NCBI GenBank assembly: GCA_963785305.1
Contig: CAWAUV010000007.1
Coordinates: forward strand, 1,408,001 to 1,472,000
DNA from: an uncultured Planctomycetaceae bacterium
GTDB taxonomy: Bacteria; Planctomycetota; Planctomycetia; Pirellulales; PALSA-1355
Length of the DNA stretch: 64,000 bases
Reading direction: 5' to 3'
Shown: in pieces, positions 57,536-64,000 of the stretch
How positions within the stretch are numbered: the first letter of the stretch is position 1
Layout of the letters: each line of letters starts with the position of its first letter
Program-made: the position numbers and the translations under genes
Notes under the pieces: model-generated
What the model was told of the DNA's origin: nothing
What the model saw: only the letters and a program-made list of their open reading frames with translations
Database searches by the model: none

Positions 57536-60500
57536 CGGCGCCGGCCAGCGCCTCGAGCAGATGACCCGAGAGTTTCACGAGGCTCGGCCCTTCGAGAAAT
57601 CTGGCGATCGGCAGCGAAACGCCCAAACTGCCTTCGATCTTGTTCTTGAGCTCGATCACCATCAGCGAGTCGATGCCGAGCGTGCTCAGCGAATCGCGGG
57701 GATTGATTTTTTCGGGCTCGATTTCCATCACCGTCGCAAGCTGCTCGGTGAGATATCGCTCGAGCAGCGCGGATCGAGCCTCGTCCGGCGCGGCGAGCAG
57801 TTCGGCGCGAAGTTGCAAGTCGCCCGTGGCTTTGGGGGCCGGCCGCTCGACAAGCCCGGCGAGCAGCGTGGGAGCGCCGGCCGGATACTGAGCGCCCAGC
57901 CGGCTCCAGTCGATATCCATCACGCCGACTTGCGTCGGCTCGAGCGTCGAGCATCATTCGCAAGCTCTGAAACGCCAAGTCGGGCGGCAGGGGCGCGATG
58001 CCTTGCGCGGCCAGACGGGCGGCGTCGGCCGAGCGCGTGGCCATGCCGCCATCGGCCCAGGGCCCCCAGTTGATCGTCAGGGCCGGCAAGCCCGTTCGCC
58101 GCCGCTCCCAGGCGAGCGAATCAAGAAACGCATTGCCCGCGGCATAGTTGGCCTGGCCGGGCGAGCCCAATAGCGGCGCGACCGAGGAGAACATGACGAA
58201 GAAATCGAGCGGCTCGCCGCGCGTGGCCACATGCAGGTTCCACGCGCCATCGACCTTGGGCGCGAGCGCTCGGGCCAACCGCTCGCGATCGAGGCTTGCC
58301 ACCGCGCCGTCGTCGAGCAGGCCGGCCGCGTGGATCACGCCTCTGAGCGGCAAGTCCGCGCTTCGACTCGCCGCCAAGGCCGCCAGCACCTGTTTACCGG
58401 AAGCGACATCGGCCGCGACCGTCGTGACCTCGGCGCCGAGCGCTTCGATCTCTTCGATCGTGGCTTGGGCCGCGGGCGTGGGGCGACCGCGACCCATGAG
58501 CACGAGCCGGCCAGCGCCAGAGCGAGCCAGCCATCGCGCCGCGCCCAGTCCCAGGGCGCCGAGTCCGCCGGTGATGAGATAGGATCCGTCGCCGCGGACC
58601 GTGGGCAAAGCGACGGGCCGGACCGGCGCGCCACCTGCCGCGGCCGCCGCGTTTTTGCCCGCCGCTCGGGCCAACGACACGATCACCTTGCCGATATTCT
58701 TGCGCTGCTGCATGTAGCGGAACGCGCCCACGACCTCGCCCGCCTCGAACACCGTGCTGGGCAGCGGCCGATACACGCCTTCGCGAAATCGATCGACAAT
58801 CTCGAGGAACATGCTTCGCACCAGCGCCGGCCGCTCGCGGAGCATGCGGTCGAGATCGATGGCCGAGAAATTGAGATTGTTTTGAAACGGATACATTCCC
58901 AGCAAGCGGTTCTGGTAAATGTCGATTTTGCCGATTTCGAGAAATCGCCCGTAGCCGCGCAGCAGCGACAAGCTGGCGGGAATCGCTTCGCCCGGCAGCG
59001 AGTTGAGCACCACATCGACACCCTCGGGCGCGGCGCCGGCGCGAATCTGCTCCACGAAGTCGAGCGAGCGCGAGTCGTACACATGTTCGACGCCCAGCGA
59101 ACGCAAGAAGTCTCGCTTGGCGGGACTTCCGGCGGTGCCGAGGATTTCGCAGCCTCGGGCTTGGCAGATTTGCACCGCGGCTAGCCCCACGCCACCAGCC
59201 GCCGCATGAATCAGCACTCGCTCGCCGGGTTCGATTTGCGCGAGGCGATGGAGCGCATAGTGGGCCGTGAGAAACGCGATCGGCACGGCCGCCGCCTCGG
59301 CGTCGCTCAAATGCTCCGGCTTCGGCGCCACCGCGCTCGCCTCGGTGATTGCATGCGAAGCAAAGCTAAACGGCGCGATCGCAATTACCGGATCGCCCAC
59401 GCGAAGATCGCTGACCTCGGGTCCCACGGCCGACACGCGGCCCGCGCATTCGATACCCATGGGAACCGGCCCCGCGCCCAAGCCGGGATACAGGCCCATG
59501 GCCTTGAGCACATCGCTGAAATTGAGCCCCGCGGCGCCCACTTCGATCTCGACCTGGGCTCGCTCCGGCGCCCGGCGGCGGCAAGGGCGAAGCGTGAGCC
59601 GATCAAGGCTGCCCGGCTGGGGGCATTCGAGTTGGAAGCTGCCTTCCGAGGGAACTGTCGTTTTGGACGACGCGACGGGCGCGGCTTTGTTCGCGGCCGG
59701 AGGCGCATAGCCGCCGAGCCGCGCGATGAATCGCTCGCCGCCACGATAAGCCACCTGTTGCTCGGAGTCGCCGGCGGCGAGTTCTTTCGCCAAGCTCGCG
59801 GCGGCGTCGGCCGGTTTCGCCGCCGGATCGAGATCGACGAGCGCGACCCGAAGCTCTGGATGCTCGACCGCCAGCACCGCCCCGAATCCCCAGAGCGGCG
59901 CTTGGCCAAGTTGGATCGGCGCGACCGGCGATGCCTCGTTGATCTCGACGCCGCGTGCTCCGCGCGTGACGAACACGAGCCGTGGAGCATCGGCCCAATC
60001 CGCCCGCACGACGGCCTGCGCCAAACCCAGCGCGCTTTCGCAGCCCAAACCGCGGGCGACATCGAGCGCGGCGGTTTGCAAACCGTCGTCCGTGGACTTC
60101 TTACTCGCCGCGCCAGCCAAGTCAGGAATCGCGAGGCTCGCGAGATGCACGATGCCTCGCGGCGCAACCGTTCGCCGGGCAGCGCCTCGCTCAATCGGCC
60201 GCGCCAAGCTTCCCAACTCGACGCCTCATCGGCCAAAGCGATGCGAACACACGATTGACCCAACTCGCGGAGCGATTCCTCGAGCTGTTGCCCGAAGCCG
60301 GTCGTATCGCCCACGAGGAGCCACGGCGCTTGCTCGCTCGACGCCGGAAGCGGCGCGCTCGGCGCCTCGGGCACTTCGAGCAACGCTGGACGCCAAGCGG
60401 GAACATAGAGCCAAGACTGAATGGTTTCAGCGGCGTCGCGCTCATGGCGACGGCCGACACGGCGAAGCTTGACGCCCGAGAGCTCGACGCACGCGATTCC

Positions 60501-63500
60501 CGCCCCGTCGTGGAGCGTCACATCGCCCGAGAGCAGGTCGCGATCGGCCGGCGACTCCGGGAGCGCAAGCCGCGCATGGGCCCAAAGGCGGCCGTTTATG
60601 GAACCGGAAACACGAATCCGGCCGATGCCCACCGGCAAATAGGTCTCGCCGCTACCCTCGGCCACCCAGATCGGCGGCACGGCGGCGCCCAGCACCTGAA
60701 TACACGCGTCGACCAGAGCTGGATGGGCGATATAGTCGCCCGCGTCGACCGCCACATTCGGCGGCGTCACGATCTCCGCCAGCGACTCGCCATCGGACCG
60801 CCAGCTTCGCTCGACACACTGGAAGCTGGGCCCGTATTCCAAGCCGCGACAGGCGAATCGCCGAATTCCTTCCGCCCGATCGAGCGACTCATCGAGCTCC
60901 TCCGCAAGCGATTTGAACGCGGCCGGATCCAACTTGGCCAGGCTCGCATCGTGGGCGATATCCTTGGGCGGCCCGCTCGCCGCGGCGTCGGAAGATTCGG
61001 CGCCCGGATTCACGGGAGCGGCCACGGCAAGCGTCGCGCGGCGAACCGAGCCTTCGGCGTGCAATGCCCAGGCGACGCCAGCGGACGGGCCTTTCCCATC
61101 GGTCGCGGGCAAATGAAAAATCTGAAACGACGCCCGGCCACCCACCTCGGGCGAGAGCACCACTTGCATCGGATGCGATCGCTCCGCATCAAGAAAGAGC
61201 GCCTGTGAAAACGTGACGTTTTCAATCGCATGCTCGCCGGGGCCAAAGGTTTCGCGGGCGGCCGCCAGCGCCAGTTCAAGATAACCAGCGCCGGGAAATA
61301 TCACCGAGCCGCGCACCTTGTGATCGGCCAACCACGGGAGCCGCGCAAGGCTCACTTCGGTTAGGAATTGCGTCATCGCCAGGGCCGATGGCATGCGCAC
61401 GCCGAGCAGCGGATGCAGCATCGCCCCGCCCCGCAACAGCGAGCGGCTCGTATCGCTGGCGATCGGATCGCCCGAATCCATCCAATGCCGCTGCCGCTGG
61501 AATGGGTAGCTGGCCAGCGCCACTCGGGCCGTGGCGTGGGGACGGTCAAAGGCTGCGCCAGTCGATCGTCACTCCGCGCACATGCAGTCCCGCGACCGAG
61601 GCCAGCAGAATTCGCCAAGCGTCTTGTCCGCGGCGCAGCGAGGGCAGCCACGCGCCGAAGTCGGGGGGCAAACACTTTTTGCCCAGCCCCAAGAGCACCG
61701 GCGCCGGACCGATCTCGACAAACGCCTCGCACCCCGCCGCGGCCAGCGCCGCCATGCCGCGCGAAAACTGCACGCACTGTCGGCTGTGTTCGCGCCAATA
61801 ATCGGCGTCGGGGATCTCGCCCGGTTCGAGCAGCCGGCCATGAAGATTCGACACCAACGGCACGCTCACCGGGCGAAATTCGAGCCCGGCGGCAAATGAC
61901 CTGAATTCATTCAGGATCGGATCGAGATGCGAGGAATGAAACGCATGCGAGACCACCAACGGCTGGCAGGCGATGTCGCGGGCCATGAAATGCGAGACCG
62001 TCTCTTGCACCGCCAGTTCGTCGCCGGAAATCACCACGCTGTCGGGCCCATTGATCGCCGCGATCGCCAGTCGCTCGCCATAGGGCGCTACAAACTCGGC
62101 CACCTCGGCCTCGCCGGTCATGACCACCGCCATCTGGCCGCGCCGGTCGAGTCCTTGCATCAACTCGGCCCGGCGGGCGATCAGCCGCAGCCCATCTTCC
62201 AGCGAAAACGCGCCCGCGAAACAGGCCGCCGCGTATTCGCCGACACTGTGCCCCAGGACCGCCGCCGGACGCACTCCCCACGATTCCCACATGCGGGCGA
62301 GCGCCATTTCCACCGCGAAGAGCGCCGGCTGGGTATAGGCGGTGCGATCGATCCGCGACGAATCGCCCTGGAGATCGTAGAGCACATCGATGAGCGAGCA
62401 GCCGATGAGGGGCCGCAGAATCGCGTCGCATTCATCGAGCACTCGGCGAAACTCGGGCTGAGCGTCGTACAAGGCCCGCGCCATGCCGAAATATTGGGAG
62501 CCCTGCCCGGTGAAGAGAAATGCCACCCGCGGCGCGGCGCCGGCGCGCGGCGGTTCCTCGGATGCTACCATTGAGCTTGCCACGCTTGGCGAAGGCGCGG
62601 AGTTGCTCGACGAGTCGTGGCGTGGAATCGACCACCACCGCCAATCGCTCCGGCAGATGGGTGCGACCGGCCGAGAGCGTGTGACATACATCGACCAGCG
62701 GCAGTTCCGGCCGGGTCGCGAGATGCTCCGCATAGCGCTCGGCCACTCGCGGCAGACCCTCGGGGGTAAGCGCCGAGAGCACCGCCACCGACAACGGCCG
62801 CTCGAGAAGCGCCGCGGGCGACGCCGCCGGCAGTTGCCCCGGCGAAGCGCCCGCGATCAGCGCCGCCGCGCGAGCGGAAGACCGCGCCGCGTGAATCGGC
62901 GATTCCTCGAGCACCACATGGGCGTTCGCCCCGCCGAAACCGAAACCGGAAATGCTCGCTAGGCGGCCGTTGGCTCCGGGCGCCCAGGGCCGAAGCTCGG
63001 TGCTGATGCGCAGCGACGGGTGGCCGCCGGCGTCAAGGGCCGGCGGGATATTGGGATTGAGCGACTCGAAATTATGTTGCGGCGGAATCCAGCCGTTTTG
63101 CAACATCAGCACCACGCGAATCAAGCTCGCCACGCCCGACGCGGTTTCCAAATGGCCGATGTTCGCCTTCACCGAACCCATGTAACAGGGCGGGCTCTCG
63201 GGACGGCGCTGACCGAGCACCGCTTGCAGCGCGCCGACTTCGATCGGGTCGCCCAGCGGGGTGCCGGTGCCGTGGGCCTCGACATAGGTCAGGTCATCGG
63301 GCGAAACATCGGCTTGCCGGAGAGCCTCGCGAATGCACTCTTGCTGCGCGGGACCATTGGGCGCGGTGAGGCCGCTACTCTTGCCGTCTTGATTCACCGC
63401 GGTGCCGCGAATGACGGCGAGCACATTGTCGCCCGAGCGAATCGCGTCGGCCAGCCGTTTGAGCACCACGAGACCGCATCCCTCGCCGCGCACATAGCCA

Positions 63501-64000
63501 TTGGCGCCCGCGTCGAAGGGGCGACATTTTCCATCGGGCGAAAGCATGCGCGCCTTGCTGAAGGCGATCGTCGTTTCCGGCGAGAGAATCACATTCACCC
63601 CGCCGGCGATCGCCGCGTCGCACTCGCGGGCGCTCAGGCTCCGCACCGCATAGTGCAGCGACACCAGGGCCGACGAGCACGCGGTGTCGATCGCCATGCT
63701 CGGCCCGCGCAGATCGAACACATAGGAAAGCCGATTCGCCGCGATGCTCAGCGCATTGCCGGTGCCGCAATAAGCGTCGATCAGCCGCAAGTAATTGTCG
63801 AACGCGCGATACATCTGCGAATAGTCCGCCGCGCCGATGCCGACAAACACTCCGGTGCGGCTGCCAGCCAACTGCTCGCCGCTCCAACCGGCATGCTCAA
63901 ACGCCTCCCAGGCCACTTCGAGCAATAGCCGCTGCTGCGGATCCATGCGCGCCGCCTCGCGCGGCGTGATGTTGAACAGCCGCGGGTCGAACTGATCGAT
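57480..64000 (-). CDS. fully reducing type I PKS module KS-AT-DH-ER-KR-ACP (5' end off the window), several frameshifts
   Basis: KS: MDPQQR, DTACSS, EAHGTGT, KANIGHLE. AT: GQGSQ, GHSVG, SHAFHS. DH: HPLLG, LADHKVRGSVIFPG. ER: LIHAAAGGVG. KR: ITGGLGALG, HAAGLLDD, YAAGN. ACP: GIDSL. Confidence 0.95.

Overview
High-GC chromosomal window, most likely from a Planctomycetota (Pirellulales-like) genome. The assignment is inferred from the DUF1559 pilin-like gene, two DUF1080 domains, an HhH-less UvrC, the hpf-ptsN-ptsH-ptsI order and REP-like palindromes. About 20 genes, including the RNase E/G-family gene and bioF, carry single-base frameshifts; this points to long-read consensus errors, not real pseudogenes. 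Contents in order: the end of an ISAs1 element; a c-di-GMP phosphorelay (hybrid kinase, HD-GYP, REC); an FGE-like protein; a rhomboid; bioF/EVE; an orphan SMI1-ankyrin immunity-like gene; ettA; a beta-class DNA MTase plus PaeR7I/XhoI-family REase; an orphan RND pump; a PAS kinase/FixJ pair; a DtxR-family regulator next to a DUF1559-peroxiredoxin-like operon with a visible promoter and operator; RNase E/G; the PTS operon; a small mobile patch (MITE-like element, HUH/RAYT element with amplified inverted ends, IS66 remnant); sugar and glycogen genes; uvrC. The last 11.3 kb is a hybrid PKS-NRPS (KS-AT-DH-ER-KR-ACP-C-A[Gly]-PCP-R). The best candidates for new biology are (1) this megasynthase, predicted to make N-acyl-glycinal/N-acylethanolamine lipids, (2) the RAYT element whose two inverted ends are tandemly duplicated from the same CTGACCC breakpoint, and (3) a metal-repressed DUF1559 module.
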